A stretch of 62,862 bases of DNA, the filler included, from Choristocarpus tenellus KU-1152 (lineage: Eukaryota; Protista; Phaeophyceae): NCBI GenBank assembly GCA_964200185.2. It is 11 parts of 11 records of this genome, joined end to end, with 100 filler letters (N's around TTAATTAATTAA, not from the genome) between each part and the next. Parts side by side here need not be neighbours in the genome. Positions count along the whole stretch, not along the records: positions 36,424 to 43,136 come from CAXNAD020007504.1; positions 43,237 to 50,002 come from CAXNAD020007396.1; 9 more parts are not named here. One strand, given 5' to 3'. The notes below the pieces were generated by a model. The model ran no database searches. It worked only from the letters and a program-made list of their open reading frames with translations, and was not told where the DNA came from. The stretch's first letter is position 1; the number at the start of each line of letters is the position of its first letter. This document shows, piece by piece, positions 36,874 through 48,341 of the stretch. The position numbers were made by a program, and so were the translations under genes.

Positions 36874-39800
36874 CTAGAGTAGTCGTGGATACTCGCTGAA
36901 TCTCAGGAAGAGCTGGTTCACAAGAACCGTTGGTATTGGCCAAGATGGGTCCTGTAACTTCATCAGCAAAGGATAGGACAAAATATGTTTTGTTTCCCAC
37001 GCCAATGGGAGAGGTGGAGTTCACGGTGATGGTTTGGATCTCCTGCCAAGTTCCTTTCCGCAACTGTAACATGGTTTTGGTTCATGGTTAGAAGGTGCTA
37101 CCTAGTGTTGGGATTGGCAGTTGTTTCTGTGACAAACGGATCAGCTTGGATTACAAAGTAGTAGTGTAATCGATCTTCACTCAATATCTAGACTTCCACA
37201 ACAACTGATCAGAAAAAAGGAGTCAATCAAGGGTTTGAGACAAGAATGAAATTGCAACTGAATAGAACTCTTTCGAAGCACCTGGTAAAATTTGAGGATG
37301 GCCAAGCAGCTCTTGCTCTCATTCAGTACTGTATCGACCTCAATCTCCCCTGAATCACCACTCACATCACCTTTAAAATAGTGTATGTTGATGATTATGG
37401 CATATTTGTTACTCTTACCTCCTCCACATCAACAGCAGCACCAGAGCCAGAAAGTCTGGATCCATTTATGTCAATGGCAGGCACATCACCCTCGAGTTCA
37501 AGAAAGTAGACCTGCCCAGTATTGAGGAATAATATTGAATTCATAGATCCAAAGTGTTGAAAAGGTGAAAATTCGCAACCGTGAATAATAGTCATGACCA
37601 ACCCTTAGGAATCAATTTTGAGTCGTACAACAAGAAATTGCCTGAAACATGTGAAAATTGTACAAATTCGCTATTTTGGAGTTGCTGTTTCCACCAATGG
37701 GAGAAAAATATTGACCCAACCACACCACACCACTCTTGCGCTCCCAAGTGAAGCCTATTTTGGTGTTAATACCTTCTAACTGTGAGCATTTCAATGTTTC
37801 AAAACACTGACATCCTTGACACCCACTTGTCTGTTACTATGCTACTATGAACCAAGATCAGGCAGAGGTGGTACCACTCTCTCTATATATACATGTGTAT
37901 GCCTTTGATGCTTAAACACCTTGTAGAGATATGGGGTAACTCCTCCCTAGGTTTTACAATAGAAATTTCAGTCCGTGCAGTTCCCACAGACAACACTCCG
38001 TCAGAACAACTTTACCTACCTTAGTAGCACTATTTGATGGATTAAGGACTTTTGGTTTCCAAGAACAATTCAAACCGTTCCCAATCTTTCTCAACCCTAA
38101 CTCAAACCCGATTTTTGCTCCCTGAAATGGAGCAAAAACATTATTGGTCCATCATCTATCTCTCGATAATTGTCGCTTGCCAACAATCACATGTTGTGCA
38201 TTATTACAAGCATTGAGTTATTATTGAATTCTGCTGCTTAGTACCATTGAGCACATCAGCGACACTTCCTGATTTTTTTTTCCACATTTTGTTGCAAATA
38301 GTTTTATGCAGAGAATAAGAGATAGAATCACAAGAGAACGCAAGTAGACCAGAGTGAGAGGACAAAATGTACACGACAGCTCTTCCATGCCTACCGTCCA
38401 TGAGTAGCCCAACTGGTTGTCTGGTCCTGGAGTGATGGCGGATGAGAACCAGGAAGTCAAAGCACAAAAAGAAGAAGGTGTGAATGAGTAGCATTGGGAT
38501 AAGGTACTCAAGATCATGAATAGTATTGGGACAGTATAACAAGGATCATGAGTAGCATTGGGATAGTGTAATGAAGATCATGAGTAGCATTGGGACAGTG
38601 TAATGAAGAACATGAGTAGTGGTGAAGAAAGGCATGAGAGATTAGGGGAGTGGAGATGATAATTGAGTCACATGTTTCAGCAAAAACCCTCATGGGTTTA
38701 TCTTCGATAGTATTTTTTTGAAAACCTTGTGTTCATCAAATATTGTTCCACCCACTACAACCCCACCAAAATGTACACAAATCATGTTGTCATTTCCCAC
38801 AGTATGGTTGTGATTATACAACTGTTTCTGTGCTAAGGTTAGCATTACTCAAGACTACATCTTGGAAAGGAGGCTCACACACCCAGAGCACACATGAGGA
38901 GTATATGGGGAAAGGACCAGGACCTCAAGAGCAAATCACCTTCAAAGATACAAAGGGAAAAAAAAAAATGTTTAAATTGTACCAAGAATAATCTGCACTG
39001 ACCATATTTTATTACCCTTGGTCTGGCAAGTCTTGTCAGCAAAGGTACAACACTGATACATATGACAGATGTCAAAACTTACGGGTGAGCATAGTACTCC
39101 GGAGTATTATACTCCAAAAAATATATGTACTCCAGGGCTCCCTACATGGTTAAGAGCAGAGAAAAAAGTACAGAAAAAAGTCGGGGGCCTGCCAATTTTG
39201 AGAAAAAATATGAAACTCCCAACAGCTAGATATTGAGGAGATCAATGGATCGGTATGACATTATAAGATATACCACCAATATGCATATATATATATATAT
39301 ATATACTGCTGACGGTATGCGTTCAATATGTCACACCATCATTGGTTTTTCTGTCACAGTCATACCTTCCACCAGCTCTTTCAAACTCATCCCAAATATC
39401 AATGCTCTAACCCTAGCCTCACCTGTGCGGTACACAGCCAACTCTCCTGTACCAATGTCTTGGAGGGTATTTCGAAATTCCTCTGCCGTGGCGTTGGAGT
39501 TTATGCTTGTTGAATTGCCTTCAAAAGAGACATTCAAATAGCCGTCGACATACGACCCATCTACAACTGCCAGCACCTCCAGCTGAGATCCTGTCCCCGT
39601 TAAGTCATTTGTTGCAACTGTCATCAGGGTTAGGTCCCCATCCTGAGAAGGTATGAAAAATATAAAGAGGTTAGGGTTAGGGTTATTGGGAACGAGTAGA
39701 AGAAAAAGATGAGCTTGAAGTTACAGAAGCACAGAAACAGTCGAAGTTTGAAGAACTGAGCACAGCAAAGAACTCAGATTGGGGTAGAAAGAGAGTAGGG

Positions 39801-41729
39801 AAAGGTAAGGCAAGTTGGGATTTCCAACATTGAAATGTAGCAAAACTAGGGATGTCCTGCAAGAAATCAACAACGTTAAGTTTTTCCCTTTTTAACAATG
39901 GTTTTAAATTGTTGCAGGCAACAGAAATTGCAGCAAGGATCGTAGTCCTGAAGCACAGCCTAGTGGGGGGGGAACTTGGTGGTGCCATGTTCTTTGAAGA
40001 AGTGCCCATGTTTTCTGCATACTGTCTAGAATTAAGGCTCAACACTAGAAATGACATATTGAAGTTATATATTGCTACTACCATTCCCACCGCCCCCATT
40101 ACATGGGAGGTCAGTGATTCACACCTGATTGTCACTGGGAAATGTGACTGTCCAGTTGAAGCCACCTTGATCATCTGGTCCTAGTCGTTCCACCTGCCAC
40201 ATGCAGAAAAATAACCAGATTCAGGGTCAACCAATCAACACCACATAGCCTGAATAAACTTGAATCAATGGAAAGAAGAGGTAAAGTCCTAGACCTAGAG
40301 TGTTGATGGGCAAAAAATAATGCTGATATAGTTTCCTCGGGGTTAAACCAAGTGCAACAGCACCTCAGCATATGTCACAAACCTTTAACCAATGCTCGAA
40401 TTCCATCCAATGGAAGTCAGATTTTCTTTTTCTCAACAACAACATCACCATACTCTTGAAAAAAAAAAATAGTCTCTTGGCCACATTTTGTCTCCTTGTC
40501 ATGCTGTGCAACACCGAACGAACAGAGCAGAGCATGACAAAGAGACAAAACCTCTTCAAAGATGCAATCTCATTTTATTGCCAAAAGACTCCATTGCCGT
40601 GTTGAGTTTGTTGTGGGGATAGGGCTGGTCCCAGAACTTTCAAAAAGTAATGGGCTCAAGATATGCCCTTGAAAGGTTCCCATGGCCTCCTTAGAGTTGG
40701 ACTTAGAGACTCACATTGACGTAGTCAATGCTGGGCAGAGCAGCCAAAGCAACTCCAACCTCTGATGCAGTAGCATCATACCCCACACTAGACGTGGTGT
40801 AACCCATGAACTCCAGTCTAAATGAACCTCCAATAATATTGCCATCCTGAAGATTACCCATCGAGTGTCATTAGGGACAGGAGTTGGACAGTTATTGTCA
40901 GTACGCTGAATGTTGTAGAGAGAAATAAACCAATGATAGACGTCTAGAACTCTTCCTCTTGTAGAACAGTAATAATGACAAGCTATATCTATACACATGT
41001 TCTCCATCTTGATTGTGCACCTGAATAGTAGCGACCGCAATATCTGCTCCAATTGGAGATAGGTCTGCATTTGCAACGCCAATTGAAATCTCAGGCAAAT
41101 TGCCCTTTTGTGAAGCAAATGTAACATTCCAAGTGTATGTGTATGTTGAGGATGAGTCCATTGAGTACGCTGATGTAACATTGTAGATCGAACCTTCTCC
41201 AAGGTTAGACATCGCCTGCAACATGGTGCATGGGGAGGAGAGCAAAGGGGAATATTCCATCAGAGTCTTCAAAGGACATCTAACAAAAAGGAAAAACTGT
41301 GTTTAAGTATGATGCACCACATTGACCTATTTTGACATTCGTTGCATGCAATATTGGTACCCTCTTGCTTGAAGAGGTTCTAGAATAAAACAATACTGAC
41401 GACAGGATCAAGGTTAGGGTCAGGGTTAGGGTCAGGGTTAGGGTTAGGGTTGGGAAAATTATTTGTTTACGCATCCAAGATATGTCCAATATCTTGTCTT
41501 CCCAACAACCGAATGTTCCTCCCTCACCACGCATTGCACTTCAAACTCTTGAAATAAAGCTCTACTCTAGAAACTTGCTTACCTCAAGGATACCCTCAAC
41601 ACTGGCACGCCCACCCGTTGCATCTGCATTATAGGCAATCTCTCCTGAAGTCTGACTCGAGCCTCCACTAGATGTAAGGTCCAGCGTGACCATGAAGGAA
41701 CCACCAGTGGCATCGAATACCGTGATGGA
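36874..41729 (-). CDS. Internal segment of a giant stramenopile-type beta-repeat protein (often annotated titin-like or FN3-containing)
   Basis: Eight phase-consistent GT-AG exons total 1078 nt: 41583-41729, 41021-41215, 40715-40846, 40125-40193, 39423-39642, 38395-38426, 37419-37511 and 36874-37063. The repeated unit is GG.F.L.F...T..I.YNA....V...L ... G..W.VTF....GD.P.I ... EIQ.I. Confidence 0.85.
38484..38619. repeat. 32-bp intronic minisatellite, 4.25 units
   Basis: ATGAGTAGCATTGGGAYAGTGTAATGAAGATC-type units start at 38484, 38516, 38548, 38580 and 38612. Confidence 0.92.
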
Positions 41730-42839
41730 CTTGAAGTGGGGGGGGGTGAGGGGGGGCGGGACAAGCAGCGGTGGAAAACTGGGTTGTGCATAGTACATTC
41801 TTTTCTGTATTGGTTCAATACTATTGGTTCATACCCTTGCCCTCTCAAGATCAAATAGAATACTCTATGAATAAAATAAAAAAATGTTTGTATATATTAG
41901 AGAAAGGTGAGTGGAGACTTGATGTCAGAGATGGTAAGTGTACCAAAAGAGGCTGATGTGATCTGGTGAGGGTGACAGGTCAGGCAAACATCATTATTAT
42001 TCCCTGGTACATTTCAAACAGTTCAAATGGCAGATGGTTGACTGCATCACCACACATGCAACCTCATGAAAATGTAGCATGGACAATAAGTCAAGTTGCT
42101 GCATAGATGGATGCAGATAAATTGTTAGTAGTCATATGATTGTATTGTTGTAACAAGAAGCGATATATAGGATTTCACTACCAGTCAGGGTATAAAATAC
42201 AATCACACAGCCAAGCATCTCTACAACTTTGGAATATAATGGATGGAATGCTGTGGAGAAAATAGTTGAAGATTGTAGAACTGGTGGAATATTATGTGTT
42301 TACCACAAACAGTGGTGCAACAAATTCCGCAAATACCACCAACAGATTTTTCGCGCTCATGCTGTACCTTCAACTAAACCCTAACCCTATTTAAAACGTT
42401 GATACCAGGATAAACTGATATATTGCCCAATACAAATAAGGAATACCCCTTTGATATATTTTAAGATCAATTGCATCACAAGATATATGCACCTCCCTCA
42501 CAATGTTCTAGGAGCACTACCCCAGAATACCTCACCACTTTTGGCAAACAAATGTTAAATACAAAATAGAAACACTCTATGTAGTATAATTTAATATAAT
42601 ATGTAGAGGAAAAATATTGCAATAAATTGTACAGCAATACCAATAAAGAATGAAACACTTTTTTGTGGTAATAGTTATCGAAAAAGTAGAAAAAATAGAT
42701 ACAGTGAGAAACAAGAAATTTTTTAAGCGGTTTTTAAGAATTGCAATATGAAAATACTCCAAATAAAACCAACAAAATGCAATGATTCAATGTAACAATA
42801 AATCTGGAATAGCCAAAAATAGAAATATCCAAAATGGAA

Positions 42840-43100
42840 GAGCCAAAGTATCTTAGGGTTAGGGTAGAGCCACGTCCATTTGGGGGTCAAAATTCAATGT
42901 TGCAAGTTCGATGTAATTTTGGCTGTCGTGTTTGTAAGGAAGTGTCAATATCCTTTTCCGAACACACCTTTTAATAACGTTTTCATTTTACCTACTCCGA
43001 AATTATTTTGGAGTGGGAAAATGTCAAAAAAAAAACGAGGGAAGCCAAGCCCCAAATGGACAAACAGGGCAAACCTCGTACCCTCTAAGAAACAATCACA
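42840..43100 (+). mobile_element. MITE family B copy
   Basis: It starts GAGCCAAAGTATCTTAG, is colinear with the other copies and ends CTCGTACCCTCTAAGA. The right TSD is not preserved near the contig end. Confidence 0.85.
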
Positions 43101-43236
43101 AAAAAAAGGTTATAAAAAAGAATAGAAATAACACAANNNNNNNNNNNNNNNNNNNNNNNNNNNNNNNNNNNNNNNNNNNNTTAATTAATTAANNNNNNNN
43201 NNNNNNNNNNNNNNNNNNNNNNNNNNNNNNNNNNNN

Positions 43237-43790
43237 GTAGGAAGGGTGCCCAAGCTTCCCTGAATACCAGGGTTGCGCTTGCAGTGCGGCACACCCTTGT
43301 GATGGTCCCTGGTGAGCATAAACTGCTGTGATATGTTGGGGTGGCCCTCGCGGCTGAGTTCGGAAGCACATTGTCTTTCAGGAAGATGGCGCCACCCCCC
43401 ACGCGGGCAAGCGCAACTCAGAAATCTTATCAGAGGCAAGGAAGTCTCAGGGGTGGTCAATTAGGCTTGTGACACAGTCATCTAAATCCCCCGACCTCAA
43501 TATCATGTACCTGTCCTTCTTCAGGTCTTTGGAATGTCGGGTGATGGGGGAGCGGTTTGGGTCCGTTGAAGAGATGGTGAGAGAGGAGTATGATGAAATC
43601 ATATTTGAGAGGGCTTGGCAGCTCCTTTTTGTGGTGTGCAATCAAGTACATAGATATAAAGGGGGGAATGACTTCAGTGTGGAGCACACAGGGGTAAGGA
43701 AGAGACAGTTGTCTGGTTAGGTTGAACACATGCCGAAGGTAGGCATGGAGGCCTTTTCTGTGGCTGATAAAGTTGTGATGGATGAGGAGT
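43237..43790 (+). mobile_element. Mariner-like (DD39D-related) transposase, C-terminal catalytic fragment, defective
   Basis: IVFQEDGATPHAG...WSIRLVTQSSKSPDLNIMYLSFFRSL...KGGNDF..EH matches QQD.A.PH ... QP.NSPDLN.LD..FF.SL. The third Asp position is TAC (Tyr). Confidence 0.85.
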
Positions 43791-43929
43791 AATAATAAAA
43801 AAAAGCGCTGGTCCTTACCAGAAATTCATCAAGGATTCCAAATCTTCTTTCAGAAATGAACTTCATCAACATCTTCAAAAGTTACGGACAACGTGGAACA
43901 GACTTATGGCATGGAGGTAGTAGATAGTA

Positions 43930-44160
43930 AGTAATTATAACCTCAACACCTCTGTGGTGGAAAGTTTTGGGCACCTTGGCAAGCAAGTGGAAAGTTTTTT
44001 GGATGAGCTAGCTACACCCGTGATAAGGGGGAGAGGGACAGGAGGTTGTAGCAGGAAGGGGGATGTCAAATCCCATCTATGAGATTTAGTTTCTGTCACG
44101 ACACAGGTAGCCCTATCCAGATGGGTCATGTGCTTTAAGCTGGAGACACTAGGGAGATGA
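43930..44160 (+). mobile_element. 3' end of a non-LTR retrotransposon with restriction-like endonuclease (CRE/R2-type), decayed
   Basis: VVESFGHLGKQVESFLDELAT...RKG..K..L*.LVSVTTQVALSRWV resembles the E(S/T).G.LG motif and terminal helix of RLE domains. One in-frame TGA. Confidence 0.7.
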
Positions 44161-47100
44161 GCAAGGACGGGCTTGTTAGATTCTTGGGATGCTTCCCTAC
44201 CTCCTCACCCTGGGGTGCAGGAATAAGGTATATTAGAGGTACAGGAAGGGAACGGTGTAGCACAATGGGCAGCAAAATAGCAAACTAATGTTTTTCACAT
44301 TTATGACAGCTGATACTTTTTTAGGGTTTATTCTGAAATGTGAATAGTTTTTGTTGATTTTTCCCTGACACATATGCAAAATGTGAGAGGGCATAATAAT
44401 GAAATAGATAGTAATAATCGTGATACAGATGGAAATAGACAGGTTCTTACAACTGAAGGGGAGAGGGAAAACCCACACAAGGAAGGGAATGGAGAGATAC
44501 AAGGCAGGAAGGTGAGTATCCCTTAGAAGGTCACTCAGGGGGTTGCGAACAGGGAAAGTGAATGAGGGGACTTGTAACCTCCACTTAACGACCTGATGTT
44601 GACGTCATCAGGAAGTATTGCTGATGTGATAGGTATATGAGGAGACAGACCTTGAGGTATACCTTCTACAGGAAGGACCCTTTGAAGGTATACATACCTT
44701 GGTAAGAAGGTGGCTACTACATAATATTATAAAACGATAAATAATAGTAATATTTTCTGTTTTTTTCTGTTTTCATTCATTTTAACTTCTATACGCCATA
44801 ACAACGCCTTTTCCACAGTAAGAAACCCCCTGGACTTATATTATATTGTTTTGGGCAATTCTGTTTGAAGCGGATTGTGCCGCAGAAGTGCAGTGAGTGC
44901 TGACCTATTGTAGCCTCAGCAACTTTCTCGCGTGTTCCAGTCGAGCTGGTGGTGGTCGTTACGGTGAGAAATTCCTCTTGTACAGTGATATTTGCAGATC
45001 TGCCATGAATTGGTGTGTCTATCTCGGTGGACTCTTTTGAATCAAATTGCTTTCTGCGCTTAGCACGGCAGCCGCTTGGAACATTGCATAAGCCTGCAGG
45101 ATTGGCCTTGAAATATACGGCACTGTGCAATGGGTTATAGAATGTAGGGGATTGCACTTACTTTCATGGGTTGAAAGCGTGACTTCACATTGGTCCACTG
45201 TTTTTCCAGCCCAACCCCTCGGTAGCACTGATAAATTGCGCTTGAGCAGTTGGATTATGCGCAGCAAGAGTGTCCTTTTTTTTTTATAACTAGAAGATTG
45301 AGATATTGGCTCCCAAATTCGTTAAGGAGAGAAAGTATGTGAAGTTGCTGCTTGGTTGGTGTTGCCTCCTTGAACAGGGGAGCTTTGTGAGTCACAAGAA
45401 TATAATTAACTCATTATACTCTTAGGGCATTGAGTAAGTGCAATAATCAACATCGCGTCGAATAGGTAAGCCTGATTTGCTTGGTTATAGCATTTTTGAG
45501 AAGATGATCAACTGCGAAGCGGCCCAGCATTTTGTCTATCGTCTACAACCGTTCTATACCCAGCCCACTTCTTATCGAATTAAATGGTCTGAAATCTGGA
45601 GATAGAGACACCCTTGTAAAAAAACTACCAGTCGTTTTCTATTTGTAGCAGGAGCATCACTTGAGTAATAATCTTATCTCTTAGCACTTGATGTATATGA
45701 TCATTTGATCGGAAAGGAGGAATCATACTCCGAAGGACAGCTAGGCAGACCTAGAGACTCTTCGTCTCGGTTAATATTATAGTTGATGTGATATCGCTTT
45801 ACATTTTACATTCCTGTAATTTTTTTGGTTTTGTTTGTGTGTCTTGGACACTTGGCTCGTGTTGAGAACACTCTTTTCCGTCATGACGACCAATTGGTAA
45901 CCTGTTGTTCCCCACGCCCAATAAGTGGTGAAACAAGAGTGGTGACGCACACACAAGTTGGAGACCTTGCGCTGAAGGATTTGCTGTTGGGGAGGGGGAG
46001 GTGTGGTGCGTGTGCAGTGAAACGTACTGGAGGCGTGACCACAGTGTGCCAGGTCAGGAGTGCAGGCACCATATCGAGGACCACAGGCGCAAGGGACTCA
46101 ATATCTAGCAGGCTTAGGAAATCTGAGGAGTGCCAGGTGTGTAACATAGGTGCTAGATTGAAAGAATGTAAGTCCTGATGATATTTGTGTTGACAGGTAA
46201 ACATGCACTTGTACTTAGATGATATGTATATAGTAGACCAGTCACGCCTGACATGTCGATTGTACTTGCTTATATTATGTGTTGCCGTCGGCTCCCCTCC
46301 CCAGGTTGGGGACCTGACTCTAGCTCATGTAGTTTGCACACTCCAACCCTAGAAAGAGTGCTTTGTGTTTGCATCACATGGGTGTGTTGAGGTTAGGTGT
46401 AAGATGAAGGTATTTGATGAAATATGTCCTTAGTGATACCTCTAAAGGGTAAGCAGCACCTCTTTCATACCATAATGGACGTTTATGAACACTAACCCTA
46501 ATCCTAACATGTATACAGCTATGGAAGGTTTGTCCAGAGCAAGGATATTGCCACTTGCTAACAAAAGCAATAGCGGAAATCCATCAAAATTGCAACACTG
46601 GATTTTAGACCCTAAACGGACATGGCCCTATCCTCTTAAATGGTCTGGATCTATGTGTGTTAAGCTCTAAGCTTTAGACAGGTACACTGTGTGAGTTAGT
46701 TATGGTGGTGGATCCAGGTGACATGTCACCAACTAAGAAGGTCTCCCTTACCCTAGTGGTTGTTTAAGTCTGGTGGTTAGTCTAGCTGTTGATACCAAAG
46801 ATGATGGAAGAGTACGAGGGCAAATGAGATAACCCACCCCACAAGGAGGCACATTCTAAGAGTGCAATAATCACGTATATCTGCAGATATACCCTCCTTT
46901 ACCTTGTGGAGGTTTGAACCGATGGGTGCCTGTAATACCAATCCTCAGCTATGTAAGTTACTTGTCCCCTATTGACGTGTGAAAGCTTTCCACTTTATGG
47001 TAATGCTAGAAGCAGTGGGTGGAACTGCGCTATGTTGATTGGCTTGGGCTGCTCGGATGGTTGATGTCAAGAGACAGGTTTGGCTCATGTATGTTGCAAA

Positions 47101-47338
47101 TAGTGTATGATATCATGTTGTCAGAAGCTATTCAAGTATTGGAGTAATAGCTGCAACTGCTATCGTGATGAGTTGTACCTTATTGTTGTGCCAAGGTGTT
47201 GGTGTCTGTCACGATCTCTTGACTGATGTACTCTTGACTGATGTACTCTTGACACCATTGTAGTGTACTATAGGGGCAGAGTAAATTTATTTTATAACAT
47301 TAGATTATCGTTGATTAGGTGAGACACCTTCCCTGCAC

Positions 47339-47344
<6 letters not shown>

Positions 47345-47379
<35 letters not shown>
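47345..47379. repeat. (CT)n microsatellite
   Basis: Read directly from the sequence. Confidence 0.95.
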
Positions 47380-47381
<2 letters not shown>

Positions 47382-48207
47382 GAAAAAGATGCATCACACC
47401 TGGGGGGGTGGAGAGCTGCTATAAATAGAGCCGGTCTGCGGCAGCCAAAAATATAGTTCTGAATAAGGGTCCCTTACAAGTTGTTGATCTGTTGAACATT
47501 AACATGGAGATTAACATGGAGACAGTTACAACTCTGTGGAGGCATTCAGAGTGCAAGTAGGGTTAAGGTTTCACACAGACAAACCGTACTCTGCCACAAA
47601 GGTGGAATCCTGGGTGCAAGGGTATGTCAAGTATGGGCGGGCAACTTGAAGGTCATTCTGAGAACCATAACACCTACCTGGTATTGGCACTGGATGCAGC
47701 CAGCGAGGAGATCTGTTCTTCATGAAAAATTTGAAGGATGCTGTGCTGGACCCTATTTCTGTTTTGCGCTCTTCATTCAAGCTCTTTCTTGATGTAGAGG
47801 GCAAGGGCTAGGGTTTGTACAGAGTAAGTGGCGTAGATATATCCAGTGCGATGGGTTAGGCAAATCAGGACAGGAGTAGCTCGAGTAGCTGCAACCTCTT
47901 TGAAAATCAGGGGTTGTGCTGTTGAGAATCCCCCCCCCCCCATGAGAATGGAAAGGAATATTAGATATGGACAACGACAATGACCCTCCTTTCCTGAACT
48001 ACAGCCCTCACAGGCCTCTAGTCAAAATTGCCCTCGTGTTTGGAAACATCCAAATCAACTTTTTAATCTTAGAACAGAGGATGTGTAACCCTCCTGTTTC
48101 CGAGAAGGCTGATTGAGACATGTGGGAGAGTGTCCAAGAGACTCAGCAATCTTTGCAAAATGATTTGAGAGGAAGCTGGGAAGAAGTGAGAAGAGTCGGC
48201 AAGCGCC

Positions 48208-48341
48208 AATAATAATAATAATAGTAATAATAATAATAGTAATAATAATAATAATAGTAATAATAATAATAATAGTAATAATAATAATAATAGTAATAAT
48301 AATAATAGTAACAATAATAATAATAATAATAATAATAGTAA
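48208..48341. repeat. (AAT)n microsatellite with periodic AGT variants, possibly a retroposon tail
   Basis: Read directly. A higher-order (AAT)4-5AGT pattern follows a purine-rich stretch. Confidence 0.95.

Noticed and set aside
38484-38619. CRISPR-like array (32-bp repeats)
   Set aside because: The units are head-to-tail with no unique spacers, lie in a eukaryotic intron, and no cas genes are present.
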